Origin: a virus
Lineage: Duplodnaviria > Caudoviricetes
Direction: 5' to 3' (one strand)
Length of the DNA stretch: 28,272 bases
Virus record (IMG/VR): IMGVR_UViG_3300035397_000195
Coordinates: 1 to 28,272 of that record
Shown here in pieces: positions 6,726 through 15,884 of the stretch. A model generated the notes under the pieces. It was not told the origin of the DNA. It ran no database searches and saw only the letters and a list, made by a program, of their open reading frames with translations. A program made the translations under genes and the position numbers. Position 1 is the first letter of the stretch, and every line of letters begins with the position of its first letter.

Positions 6726-9202
6726 GAGGCCAACCTCTGCATCCGCTGCATCTGCCGCAACAACTCAGCGGCATTCATTCTGTCCGCCTGCACCCGCACC
6801 GGAGCACCGCCGCCAGGCAGGGAGAGGTTGATGTTGATGGTCTCACCGGTTGAGCCGCTATTAACCATGCCGCCGGCGGCCAACCTGGGGATACCAGGTA
6901 ACATTCCCAGCATCCCGCCGGTCATGTAGCCATTAACACCGCCAATCTTTTTCAAAAGCTCGTTGACGACGATATCCCAGCGACCGGCATTAAAGGCCAG
7001 GGCCGCCCGCGTTCCGGCCGCAAGAACGCTCTCTTTGCGGATCATGACCTCGCCGTCCTCCCCCAGGAGCAACCGGCGGTCGCCACCGCCATAGCCGCCA
7101 AGAGATCCGCCCCTTAAAATATTACGGACACCGCCACCGGTGGCCAACTTCTGGATCATGCCGCCGAGGTTATAACCGCCGATCAAACCTCCGGTGGCCT
7201 TCTGGACCACCTCTTTGACATTGACATAGACGGTACGATCTTTGCTGACCAGGGCGACGATGCTCTCTTCAACCGCCGCAATATCCTTCATGGCCGAGAC
7301 CCGCATCGTCTCCCAGTTTTTCAGCCACTGTTTCTCGGCATCATCCATGCCCGCGCTCAGATCCTGGAAGTCAGCATCCTTGACCAGGTCATCCATGGAC
7401 TTTGCCGCTGCCTCTTGCTGCTTTTTCATGGCCTCAATGGAGATACCGGCAGCCCGTTCAACTCCATCCATGGCCGTCTTCAGGGCCTCCGGCTGACTGA
7501 TCAGCACCTGCTCGCCTTCCTTGACCTCGGTATTGAGTTGGCTGTACAATTCCTTGGCGGAATCCGCAGCGGCGATGGCAGCCGTCCAATCTCCAGCCGC
7601 CGCCGCATCTTTCGCCTTCTGCTCGTACTCTTCAGCCTGTCGCTTCAGGTCCTTCCAGGCATTGACATCAGTCATGCCGGTGCGGGCCATGGCCCGGAGC
7701 TGGTCATAGAGGGACTTTTCCCGCCCGACGATCTCATCCTGCAAACGCTTGATCTCGGTGGCATATTCCTTGTATTTCTTTTTCATGGCATCCAGGGCCT
7801 CGCCCTGAACACGCTTAACAGCAGTGGCCGACTCCTTGGTAGCGGAGGCCTGGGCCTTGGCCCCAGCCTTCCAGGTTCCGGTCAGGTCATCATAATGGAT
7901 CCGGTTTTCCGCCACCGCCTGATCCAGCTCTTTCATGGAGGTGACGGTCACGCCCGTACTCTGGCTGATCTTGACAAACTGAGAGGCCAGGGTCTTCTGA
8001 TTTTGCTCAAGCTCTTTGGTGGCGGCGGCAATACCGGCAATCTGCTCATGCATGGCCAGCCACTCTCCAGCCTTATAGGCGGCAAAAAAAGCCGCCACAG
8101 CACCCATGATGCCGACAAAACCAATCTGAACCACGGTCAAGGCCACACCAGTAGCCAGAGTCCTTGCCTCCAGAGCCCTGAGCCAGGGGACAATCTGCAG
8201 GCCAGTCATGACAATCATGGCGGCGTTGAGTCCTCGCCAGGTTCCGGCAAGCAGACTCACAACCTTGGCGGCAACTCCAAAAGCAATTCCATATTTGGCG
8301 ACCTCAATCAGCATCTCCCGGTTATTGGCCACAAAGGTGATGACCTTGGCTGCACCGGAGGCGATGTCTCCAGCGAATTTTCCCAGATCACCAGAGTTTT
8401 CGCGCAAGGCCTTGCCGATTTCATTCAAAGATTCGACAAGATCTTCATTATTGGCTATTCCATCGGCGACCTCTTTCCGCACCAGGGCAATGGCCCCGCT
8501 ATAGGTCTTGGTCGATTCCGCTGCCCGGCCCTGCATAGCGGAAGCCTGCTCCAGAAACACGTTGTACCGCACCTGGGCCTTTTCCAGATCTGACAGATCT
8601 TTCCAGGCCACATTGTGGGCATTATGCGCTTCATGCCAGGCAGTGACGTAGGTTTCATTGAGAGTCAGTCCCAAAAATTCCGAGGACTCGGCCTCACCCC
8701 TTAGGGCGGCGGTTACCCTTTCGATGCCACCCTCAAGGGTAGTGCGGCCGGCAGACAGATCACCGGTCAACTCAATCATCCGCTCCATCTGATCGGACGA
8801 TAGTCCCAAACGCTTGGTCATATCCACGGTACGAGAGGCCGCACCACGCAAATCAGATTCTGAGTAGATCTTCAGCTTTTCAGACAGGCGGGAAATAGTC
8901 GCCTCCCAATCCCCAGCCGACCCGACATCAAACTCACGATTTGCGGCCTTGAGGCTGGCGGTGAAGGCGTAGGCATTCTTATCAGCCTGGGCCAGCATGA
9001 CACTGACCTGGGAGATTGCCGAAAATCCGGCGAAGGCTCCAACCAGTTGCAGCACCTGTCCGCGCATGCCATCCAATATCCTGCCGCCGCTGCCCGCCTC
9101 TTTGGTAAAGGCGTTGACGGCGGTCTGGCCCTTGCGCATGACGGCCGTCAGGCCCTCATCACGGGCCGAGAGAATCAGTTCTATATTATTTTTCTTCGCC
9201 AT
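6722..9202 (-). CDS. Tail tape measure protein
   Basis: 826 aa, Ala-rich and helical, hydrophobic middle, coiled coils, C-terminal A(T/A)GG motifs and GEDGEVMIR; follows the tail chaperone. Confidence 0.92.
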   Translation of the reverse strand: MAKKNNIELILSARDEGLTAVMRKGQTAVNAFTKEAGSGGRILDGMRGQVLQLVGAFAGFSAISQVSVMLAQADKNAYAFTASLKAANREFDVGSAGDWEATISRLSEKLKIYSESDLRGAASRTVDMTKRLGLSSDQMERMIELTGDLSAGRTTLEGGIERVTAALRGEAESSEFLGLTLNETYVTAWHEAHNAHNVAWKDLSDLEKAQVRYNVFLEQASAMQGRAAESTKTYSGAIALVRKEVADGIANNEDLVESLNEIGKALRENSGDLGKFAGDIASGAAKVITFVANNREMLIEVAKYGIAFGVAAKVVSLLAGTWRGLNAAMIVMTGLQIVPWLRALEARTLATGVALTVVQIGFVGIMGAVAAFFAAYKAGEWLAMHEQIAGIAAATKELEQNQKTLASQFVKISQSTGVTVTSMKELDQAVAENRIHYDDLTGTWKAGAKAQASATKESATAVKRVQGEALDAMKKKYKEYATEIKRLQDEIVGREKSLYDQLRAMARTGMTDVNAWKDLKRQAEEYEQKAKDAAAAGDWTAAIAAADSAKELYSQLNTEVKEGEQVLISQPEALKTAMDGVERAAGISIEAMKKQQEAAAKSMDDLVKDADFQDLSAGMDDAEKQWLKNWETMRVSAMKDIAAVEESIVALVSKDRTVYVNVKEVVQKATGGLIGGYNLGGMIQKLATGGGVRNILRGGSLGGYGGGDRRLLLGEDGEVMIRKESVLAAGTRAALAFNAGRWDIVVNELLKKIGGVNGYMTGGMLGMLPGIPRLAAGGMVNSGSTGETININLSLPGGGAPVRVQADRMNAAELLRQMQRMQRLAS

Positions 9203-9365
9203 GGCGTAGCACCGTAAGGGCAGAAAAGAACATGCTTAATCCGTAATCCCAGACGTGGACGTGTCCGGCGGTAATGAGGGAGGAAACATGCCCCCTGAGC
9301 CTGCCGCGAACATCCTCTCCAGACGCTCCGACCTGTTTTTTAGCATCTGGGTCATGATAAAAAAA
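9186..9365 (-). CDS. -1 frameshift extension of the tail chaperone (GT-type form)
   Basis: Slippery T TTT TTT (9365-9359) and A AAA AAC (9341-9335); the -1 frame is open to TAA at 9186 and reads ...SSLITAGHVHVWDYGLSMFFSALTVLRHGEEK. Confidence 0.75.
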   Translation of the reverse strand, partial: FFYHDPDAKKQVGASGEDVRGRLRGHVSSLITAGHVHVWDYGLSMFFSALTVLRHGEEK

Positions 9366-9625
9366 TCAGGATTCACCTCCTTGGCGGCCTGCACAATGGG
9401 GAGATAGGTGGAAGGGGTCATCTCTTTCAGCTCGGCAACGGTGACGCCGCTGAGAAATTCCAGCATGTCACCGGTCAGGTCGTGCTGGTCAAGCATGTCA
9501 TCCAGTATGGATCGAGTGCTATTCACCTTGGCGGCATCATCAAAGAGCCGATCAATCTCCAGCACCGTCAATTCCTTGACAAAGATTTCCCGACCATCAA
9601 CATTGATCGTCTTGATTTTTCTCAT
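9236..9625 (-). CDS. Tail assembly chaperone (G-type, short form)
   Basis: Between tail tube and tape measure; VKELTV and EVNPDFF motifs. Confidence 0.8.
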   Translation of the reverse strand: MRKIKTINVDGREIFVKELTVLEIDRLFDDAAKVNSTRSILDDMLDQHDLTGDMLEFLSGVTVAELKEMTPSTYLPIVQAAKEVNPDFFIMTQMLKNRSERLERMFAAGSGGMFPPSLPPDTSTSGITD

Positions 9626-9655
9626 TATTTTCTTCTCTTAGTTTTTTACGATCAA

Positions 9656-10399
9656 TTATGCGGCAATCCGAACCAAAACCGATTCAGTGGCAGGTGGCAC
9701 CAGGATCGGAATCACCTCAAAGGTGGCCTCTACCGGCTTATCGCTCATCATGTCGATGGCCTTGGACGGCTTGATCACGCACTGGAGGATGTCGGCGACG
9801 TAGCGTTTGCCGTCGAAGCGGTTTTTGAATTTGGAGACCAGGGCGATCTTGCGGGAGGGTGCGCCATTGACCCCGATGACAAAGCCGGATCCAGCCGGAT
9901 AGGTGTAGCTGCGCTCGACAGTAGCAGCATCGACAATGGCACCGCCGACCAGGGGGGTGACAAAGCCCGTCTCCAGATCCACGGTGTAGTCCACATTGAG
10001 CGCATAGGTGGTGATGCCGGTGGAATCCTTGAGGACAAAGGCCGTGATATTGGTGTGAGGGATGCGGGAGGCCGCGCCCAGGGTGGCGGTAAACGGCTCA
10101 TCAACCACCGAGCCGCCGAGGCCGGTCACCGCGTCGAGGTCGCCCATGAAGAGGATGGCCATGGTCCGGTTATCGAGCCGGTTAACGGTGATGGAGACCT
10201 TGACGCTCTTGGGCTCGGTATCGGTATCGAGGATCTGGCTGTAGGTATCATCGGCGGTCGAAGTGACCTCGGTGGTATCAGCCTCAGCGGTCATCTCGAA
10301 AGAGGTCTGGTTACCCAGGGGGAAATAGGCGTCAACGAGGACGCCATTGGCATCGTAATAGGCAAACTGCGAGCTGCCCGCGCCTTTATATGCTTTCAT
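9656..10399 (-). CDS. Major tail tube protein
   Basis: 247 aa, beta-rich; LGNQTSFEM pattern, DYTVDLETG insert; AAGGA ribosome-binding site; position before the chaperone. Confidence 0.8.
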   Translation of the reverse strand: MKAYKGAGSSQFAYYDANGVLVDAYFPLGNQTSFEMTAEADTTEVTSTADDTYSQILDTDTEPKSVKVSITVNRLDNRTMAILFMGDLDAVTGLGGSVVDEPFTATLGAASRIPHTNITAFVLKDSTGITTYALNVDYTVDLETGFVTPLVGGAIVDAATVERSYTYPAGSGFVIGVNGAPSRKIALVSKFKNRFDGKRYVADILQCVIKPSKAIDMMSDKPVEATFEVIPILVPPATESVLVRIAA

Positions 10400-10410
10400 G
10401 GTTTTTCCTT

Positions 10411-10878
10411 TTATTCAGTGGTTGATATCGCTTCTCTGGTAAAGGCCAGATCAGCAGTCAGATAGTATTCGGGGTGAGGCTGGCCACCGTCATCGGCACC
10501 GCCCATTTTAATGGTAATGTCCGCATCCAGGCTGTAAGGGGTGAAATCCTGATCCACCGCCAGCTGGAAGATGAGGGCGGCCAGGGATTCCAGATCATCT
10601 TCACCCTCGCTGCCCTCGCCGGGGTTATAAAGGCCGATAAAGATCCTGACCTTGGTCTGGCCAAACCTTGCGCCTTCGGCCAGCAGTAGAGGCCTGGCCA
10701 CCAGATAGGGAAAGGGGCCGGGGCCGTTGGTGTCGAGGGCGGCGTTGGGCAGACGGTAGAGGGAGGTTGCAAGTGGGGCTGCTCCTCCTGCCTGGGTGAT
10801 ATAAGTCAGACCGGCGGTCAGGTCGGCCATCTTATCCAGCACTTGCTGGAGCAGGGGTTTGATTGCCAGGGTCGTCAT
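10411..10878 (-). CDS. Putative tail terminator/completion protein
   Basis: Likely start MTTLAIK at 10878 after GAGG; FPYLVAR motif; immediately upstream of the tail tube. Confidence 0.65.
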   Translation of the reverse strand: MTTLAIKPLLQQVLDKMADLTAGLTYITQAGGAAPLATSLYRLPNAALDTNGPGPFPYLVARPLLLAEGARFGQTKVRIFIGLYNPGEGSEGEDDLESLAALIFQLAVDQDFTPYSLDADITIKMGGADDGGQPHPEYYLTADLAFTREAISTTE

Positions 10879-10885
10879 CGTTGCC

Positions 10886-11191
10886 TCAGTTGTATTGGCC
10901 CATGGTAATGATATCGAGCAGGCCGGTGGGATCGACCGAATCAACAATAAACTGCTCGCCGTTCACATCCATGGCAAAGCCGGGACGCGGCAGGGGCGAC
11001 ATGGCCCCTTTCAGCAGATAGATAGAGATGCGGCGGCGGGCCGAGCCTTCAAAGCCGCCAGGCAGCACCTCCAGATCCTGGAGCAATCCCCGATAAACAG
11101 TGAGACCGATAAGGATGTCCACCACCTCCTCACCCTCCTGGGCAAAGAGGTGGTCCATATCCGCCAGCATGTGTTCCCGAGCCGTGGCCAT
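10886..11191 (-). CDS. Head-tail joining (head closure, gpFII-like) protein
   Basis: 101 aa; PRPG...VNGEQFIVDSV pattern; follows DUF2190. Confidence 0.7.
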   Translation of the reverse strand: MATAREHMLADMDHLFAQEGEEVVDILIGLTVYRGLLQDLEVLPGGFEGSARRRISIYLLKGAMSPLPRPGFAMDVNGEQFIVDSVDPTGLLDIITMGQYN

Positions 11192-11194
11192 GGA

Positions 11195-11524
11195 TTACGC
11201 CCCGAGCTTGACCAGGACGGTGGTAGCGGCATCGGCGGCGGCGGCAAAGGCCTTGCCGGCCAGGACATTGGTGTTGGTCTTGTCGATGCGATTATTGACA
11301 GCATCCCAATAGACGATATCTCCCTGGGCGATCACCAGGGGGGCCTCTTTGGCCACCAGGAAAACCTCCTCGGTGGCCAACTCCCCGGCATCACCGATGG
11401 CGATATCACCAAGGGCGACGCAGACCATCGCCCCGACCACTACTACATCGCCGGATACCACAGCGGCGGCGGTACCATTCGTCCACGGCATTGTTCTGCC
11501 TTCCTGCACATGATTCTGAGCCAT
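11195..11524 (-). CDS. DUF2190-family capsid cement/decoration protein
   Basis: MAQNHVQEG...VVSGDVV...GD.VYWD...VLVKL; typical position after the capsid gene. Confidence 0.88.
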   Translation of the reverse strand: MAQNHVQEGRTMPWTNGTAAAVVSGDVVVVGAMVCVALGDIAIGDAGELATEEVFLVAKEAPLVIAQGDIVYWDAVNNRIDKTNTNVLAGKAFAAAADAATTVLVKLGA

Positions 11525-11549
11525 TTTTTTACCTCGCTATTAGAAAGAA

Positions 11550-11666
11550 AATTAGGAATTATGAATTACGAATTACGAATTACGAATTACGAAAAAGGAG
11601 ACACGAACCAGGAATCACGAACATACGTTTTTTTAATTCGTCATTCGTAATTCCTGATTCGTAATT
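11550..11666. repeat. Inverted heptamer tandem array (AATTACG)n ... (CGTAATT)n
   Basis: Six units at 11550-11591 (four perfect), degenerate units in the spacer, four reverse units at 11639-11666 (two perfect). Confidence 0.92.
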
Positions 11667-11668
11667 GC

Positions 11669-13207
11669 TTACGCTCCTGCGTTCTTGTAGCCGCCGACAT
11701 AATCGACCACACCGGCCCCGAAATCGTGGCGGACCTTGGTGATCAAGGCATCGGAGTTAAAATCGACCATCTCCTCGACGTAGGGTTGTTCCTCGCCCTG
11801 CAGGTAGGAGACCTCAATGGTCGGGGCCTGATTGGGATGGGCCAGCAGATACCAGGCGGTGGCAGAGGCGGCATCGAGATGAGGATCGGCGATCGGGGTC
11901 AGTTTTCCGGCCCAGGGGTTGACCACGCCGGCGGACATATTGGCATCTGGGAGGGCGGCGGAGCGTAACAGGATCTCGGCATCGGTCTCCATGACCACCG
12001 GCACCAGGACAAAGGCCGGGGTGACATCGATGAGCTCACCCTTCATGCCCTTCTGTTTGCGCATGGCGGCGCGGGCCAGAGACAGCGAATCAGAGGAGAG
12101 CGCGGCGGCAGTACCGGCAAGGTTGTTATGGGCAGCGTTGAACAGGGCAACACCGTCGCTCATCAGGCCATTGGCGGTGATCAACGAATAGACGGCATCC
12201 CCTTCCATTCGGCGGGCAGAGGCCCCGAACAGTTGCGGGATGCGGGTGAAGGCCCGCAGGTCGTCGTTGATGATCATCTCGCGGGTGAGCGGTACCTTGA
12301 TGCCCTTAGAGATGACGCGATAGGTTTCCTTGGCATCGCTGAAAGAGGCGGTCTGGTATTCGCCGTTTTCATTCATCCCCTTGAGGTCAGGAGAGCCGCT
12401 CAGGCGGATGGAATAGATATCTTTGAAGTCGTTGGCGGAAGAGATCCCAACAAATGGCCGCCAGGTCTGAGGCCATTCCAGGTAAGCCTTGAGCAGATTC
12501 TTATTGACCAGGGCCCCGAAAATGGCAGGGAAGTCGGAGGTAGATCCGGAATTCAAGGCCCGGGCGGCGATATCCATATTGGAGAGACCGCGTACCTGCA
12601 TACCAGAGGCCAGCAGCAGCTCACGGCAGATCTCGACCATGGAGCGGCCCCGGAACTCGCGGGAGCCCTCAGCCGGTTTCTCCAGTCGGTGACCGGAACG
12701 CAGGAGCAGACCGTCGGTGACGGCGGCCCGCAGTTTCTGCCCGGCCTCCATGCCGACCTCGGCGCCAAAGGCACCGTTGCCGATTGGCTGGTTTTGCGTT
12801 TTCATCCGGGCAAAGATCTGACGGCTGGCCATTTCCAGCGACATGTGCGGATCAGAGAGCAGCGAACGGGCAAAGTCCCCGTTATCGGCATCAGTGAGAC
12901 CGGCCACCCGCAGACGGTCGTCAATGTCGCTGCGTCGCTGGGCATCCTGCACCAGGGCGCGGGCAACGGCGGCATCGACATCGGAGGTGGCTGGTGGTTC
13001 ATCCGGAGATTGCCGGGCAGTGGTCACGGCGGCCGGGGTCTGGGTCTGACCGGCAGGGGCAGCGGCGGCGGAACGCTGACCAGGATCGACCCCGGGGACT
13101 TCCACCCCATCAGCGGCCAGCTTATCGTAGTGGGCCCAGGCCTCGGTGTCGGTGGCGGCTGCTCTCAGGCCGTTTGCCTCCAGAAATGCGCGTAATTTCT
13201 TGTTCAT
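11669..13207 (-). CDS. Major capsid protein with N-terminal scaffold region
   Basis: 512 aa; STSDFPAI, NENGEY, TREMIINDDL, AWYL, KVRHDFG motifs of the capsid family usually seen in protease-capsid fusions; AAGGAG ribosome-binding site. Confidence 0.92.
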   Translation of the reverse strand: MNKKLRAFLEANGLRAAATDTEAWAHYDKLAADGVEVPGVDPGQRSAAAAPAGQTQTPAAVTTARQSPDEPPATSDVDAAVARALVQDAQRRSDIDDRLRVAGLTDADNGDFARSLLSDPHMSLEMASRQIFARMKTQNQPIGNGAFGAEVGMEAGQKLRAAVTDGLLLRSGHRLEKPAEGSREFRGRSMVEICRELLLASGMQVRGLSNMDIAARALNSGSTSDFPAIFGALVNKNLLKAYLEWPQTWRPFVGISSANDFKDIYSIRLSGSPDLKGMNENGEYQTASFSDAKETYRVISKGIKVPLTREMIINDDLRAFTRIPQLFGASARRMEGDAVYSLITANGLMSDGVALFNAAHNNLAGTAAALSSDSLSLARAAMRKQKGMKGELIDVTPAFVLVPVVMETDAEILLRSAALPDANMSAGVVNPWAGKLTPIADPHLDAASATAWYLLAHPNQAPTIEVSYLQGEEQPYVEEMVDFNSDALITKVRHDFGAGVVDYVGGYKNAGA

Positions 13208-13228
13208 TTTTGTTACTCCTTTTTTTGT

Positions 13229-13843
13229 TTATCTCGGCGTGTCGCCGCACAGCATCCGCACTTTGGCAAGCACGTCCGCGCCTATAGGGGTGATGGAAAA
13301 TTCCTTCAGGCTCCACTTGCGGCTGACCTTGAGGGGGCCGATGAAGAGTCTGCCATCTATTAAAACCTCTGTATTCTCAGGCACCCAGATCGAGCTGAGC
13401 ACCTGATAGCCGACTGAGCCGTCGGTGATGTGGCCGTCCGCCACCTTTTGCCGGATGATCTGGCTGTCCTCGTCGGCGGCGAAATAGATCTGGCCGTTGC
13501 GGCCTTGATACCCTCCGATAGCGGCCTCGGAGAAATCACGGACATGGCCGAGGACATCCCTGGCCGAATTCCGGTTATGGGAATCGAGCAGGGGGACCTG
13601 GCCGATGGCCGGGACCATCATGCCATCAGCAAGGAGTACCTCGTTGACGAAATCCCATCGTTCCCAGTCAAAGACCAGGGCAGGCAACTCGGTGGAGAGG
13701 GTCCACTCCATACCGCCATTTTTATCTTCGAGACCGGCGGCCCGTTGCTGCATGGTTGCCGATCTCGCCCACGTTCCCGGATGGATGCCGACGGAACGGA
13801 GGGCGGTCTCAATTTGTTGCTGGTTTGGCTGGGGCTGGGGCAT
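13229..13843 (-). CDS. Prohead (capsid maturation) protease, HK97-type
   Basis: VPLLDSH, GSVGYQV, EFSITPIGAD motifs; likely start MPQPQ at 13843 after AGGAG. Confidence 0.88.
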   Translation of the reverse strand: MPQPQPNQQQIETALRSVGIHPGTWARSATMQQRAAGLEDKNGGMEWTLSTELPALVFDWERWDFVNEVLLADGMMVPAIGQVPLLDSHNRNSARDVLGHVRDFSEAAIGGYQGRNGQIYFAADEDSQIIRQKVADGHITDGSVGYQVLSSIWVPENTEVLIDGRLFIGPLKVSRKWSLKEFSITPIGADVLAKVRMLCGDTPR

Positions 13844-15395
13844 TCGCGGGCTCCTGGAGTTGTAGGCGTTTTTTACGGAGTTCAAACAGCTTGACAAGCT
13901 GTTCCTCTTCCTCGATCTGGCGTTCGACCACATCCTCAAAGACCTGGCCGCGCTGGGAGGCCTGGGCGGTGCGGGTATCGATCACCAGATCAATCAGTTT
14001 ATCAGCGGCGCGGGCATCGTTGTTGGGATCAACCCATGTCCATCCCGGCAACTGACCGCTGGCCATCTCGTGATAGCGCAGGGGGTCTTTGGCGTAGCCG
14101 GGCATGGCGACTGGAGCCAGCCCGGAAATCCAGGCAGCCTCGATAAACCAGGCGATGATCTTGGCGTTGACCTTTTCTTCCAAAAATTGCTGCTGGCCCT
14201 GGTAGCTCAGCCGTTCTTCAAGAGATCCGGAACGGGCGGAGGCGTAGGAGGAGTCGGTGTAATTATTGGCAAAGGCCTCGAACGACATGCCAAGGCCCGC
14301 CGACTGCCAGCGTTGTGAATCCTTGACAAAGGGCTCGTAGTTGTTGCCGGGGTGGCTGGGAGAGATGGACTGTACCTCGGTGCCGTTGGGCAGCTTCTGG
14401 ATCATGGTGGAGTTCATGGCCAGATTGCTGTCGAGGGTGCCGCCGGTAGCGGACGGAGAAAAGGGCATAGACTGACCACCGGCAGGCAGGCCGGGACCGA
14501 GATTAAATCCGGGGATCGAAGACTTGAGGAAATAGGCAAAAATTGCCTGGGCCCTGGCGGTATCCTGGGTGATGTGGCGGAATTCGTCCATGCGGTAGCC
14601 TTCGAGCACGACCGCAGCCAGCCAGGAGATGCCGGAATACTGGCTGATCATGTCCCGTTCCCAGACGTGGATAATTTCGGTAGCCGGGATGCGGCGGGAC
14701 TGGCCGTATGATCCGTAGGCGATATAATCGCCGGGGTGGTGATCGAGGATGTGGTAAAAGAGCGGGCGGCCATTGGCATCCAGCTCCACCCCCTTGCGGG
14801 CGGTATTGCCATTGGGAAGGATGCCGTCAACCATGGCATCGAGCTGGGAACATTCGAGGAGCTCCAGGCGCAGCGGGACGATACCGGTCAGGGAATCGTC
14901 ATAGACCCGGTGGATCAGATACTGGCCGTCGAACCACATGTGGCGCAGGCCGATGGTCTGCATCGCCCCGTAGCTGTCGTGACCGGTGTTGTCGCAGTAG
15001 ATTGACCAGCGGAGAAAGAGCTTTTCCCAGGCGGTATTGGCCGGGCGGTCGAACTTGCCGGCGCGATCGCGAAAGAGGAATTGCGGGTAGATGCCGGAGC
15101 GTACCACGTTGTTGCAGATGCGCTCGATACCGCCGGAGATCAGGGAGTTGTTGCGGTACTGGTCGCGGCAACGGGAGGCGGTCAGTTTATAGGCTGCCTT
15201 GACCTCGGCATCGGCGGAACGGAGGCGGGGGCGGAAATTCTGGTCAGGCCCGGTGGCCGATCCCGAGAGATAGGAGCGATAGAGATCGCGGCCAAAACGG
15301 AATTTAGCGGCCCGCATCGGGGCGAGCAGGGACAAGGCCCCACCGACCAGGGACGAATAGGCATCGTATATCTTGTGGCCCAGGCCGGTCTTCAT
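13809..15395 (-). CDS. Portal protein, lambda family
   Basis: 528 aa; SRCRDQYRN, PLRLELLE, GVELDANGRP..YH, SYASARS, WVDP motifs. Confidence 0.95.
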   Translation of the reverse strand: MKTGLGHKIYDAYSSLVGGALSLLAPMRAAKFRFGRDLYRSYLSGSATGPDQNFRPRLRSADAEVKAAYKLTASRCRDQYRNNSLISGGIERICNNVVRSGIYPQFLFRDRAGKFDRPANTAWEKLFLRWSIYCDNTGHDSYGAMQTIGLRHMWFDGQYLIHRVYDDSLTGIVPLRLELLECSQLDAMVDGILPNGNTARKGVELDANGRPLFYHILDHHPGDYIAYGSYGQSRRIPATEIIHVWERDMISQYSGISWLAAVVLEGYRMDEFRHITQDTARAQAIFAYFLKSSIPGFNLGPGLPAGGQSMPFSPSATGGTLDSNLAMNSTMIQKLPNGTEVQSISPSHPGNNYEPFVKDSQRWQSAGLGMSFEAFANNYTDSSYASARSGSLEERLSYQGQQQFLEEKVNAKIIAWFIEAAWISGLAPVAMPGYAKDPLRYHEMASGQLPGWTWVDPNNDARAADKLIDLVIDTRTAQASQRGQVFEDVVERQIEEEEQLVKLFELRKKRLQLQEPANAPAPAKPATN

Positions 15396-15613
15396 CGGCG
15401 GCCTCCGAAGACTACGGACTGACAGCCGTAGCTGCCGCCATTCTGGATCAGAGTAAGATCCTGCCGCAGTCTGGCAATTTCAGCCCTGACCTGCCCCAGA
15501 TCGGCGCGGGTATAGGTGACGCCCCCGGCCGTATAGGATTGATTGCCTTCAAGGATGGCAGTTTCGGCCTTGAGGTAGAGGGCCAGACGATCGAGGATTT
15601 GTTGTTCGGTCAT
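15392..15613 (-). CDS. gpW-like head completion protein
   Basis: 73 aa; YLKAE.AIL...QSY......TRADL; overlaps the portal start. Confidence 0.8.
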   Translation of the reverse strand: MTEQQILDRLALYLKAETAILEGNQSYTAGGVTYTRADLGQVRAEIARLRQDLTLIQNGGSYGCQSVVFGGRR

Positions 15614-15664
15614 ATCTTTCCTTGCGGTTGATTTGGGTCAAACATCATCTGCAAGGAAAATATG
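15611..15664 (-). promoter_or_regulatory. Inverted repeat covering the ribosome-binding site and start codon of the first head gene
   Basis: tttccttgcggttgat (15617-15632) matches the reverse complement of atcatctgcaaggaaa (15644-15659) at 14/16, extended by catat/atatg. Confidence 0.6.
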
Positions 15665-15765
15665 CTATATGTGGGGTGATTAAAAGGAGGTCGTTGCTAC
15701 CAGTAGCACAGCGTTAATTGTGGTACTAACATTTTTGCACTGGCACGGGAGTTGCATTTATAGAG

Positions 15766-15834
15766 GGGGATTTTTCGGGAGGGGAAAAAAGGGACGGGGT
15801 TGAAAAAATGGAAGTGGTCAGGGGATTTTTCGGG
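15766..15834. repeat. 14-bp direct repeat GGGGATTTTTCGGG x2
   Basis: Copies at 15766-15779 and 15821-15834, 55 bp apart, each followed shortly by GAAAAAAG. Confidence 0.85.
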
Positions 15835-15843
15835 GAGAGGGTG

Positions 15844-15884
15844 AAAAAAGAATGGCCGGAAGTTATTTTCGACTTCCGGCCATT
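15844..15884 (-). terminator. Rho-independent terminator
   Basis: Perfect 13-bp stem aatggccggaagt/acttccggccatt, 8-nt loop, followed by CTTTTTT on the minus strand, about 40 nt after the 15927 stop. Confidence 0.85.

Noticed and set aside
11550-11666. CRISPR array or tRNA
   Set aside because: Units are 7 bp with no unique spacers, and no cloverleaf pattern is evident
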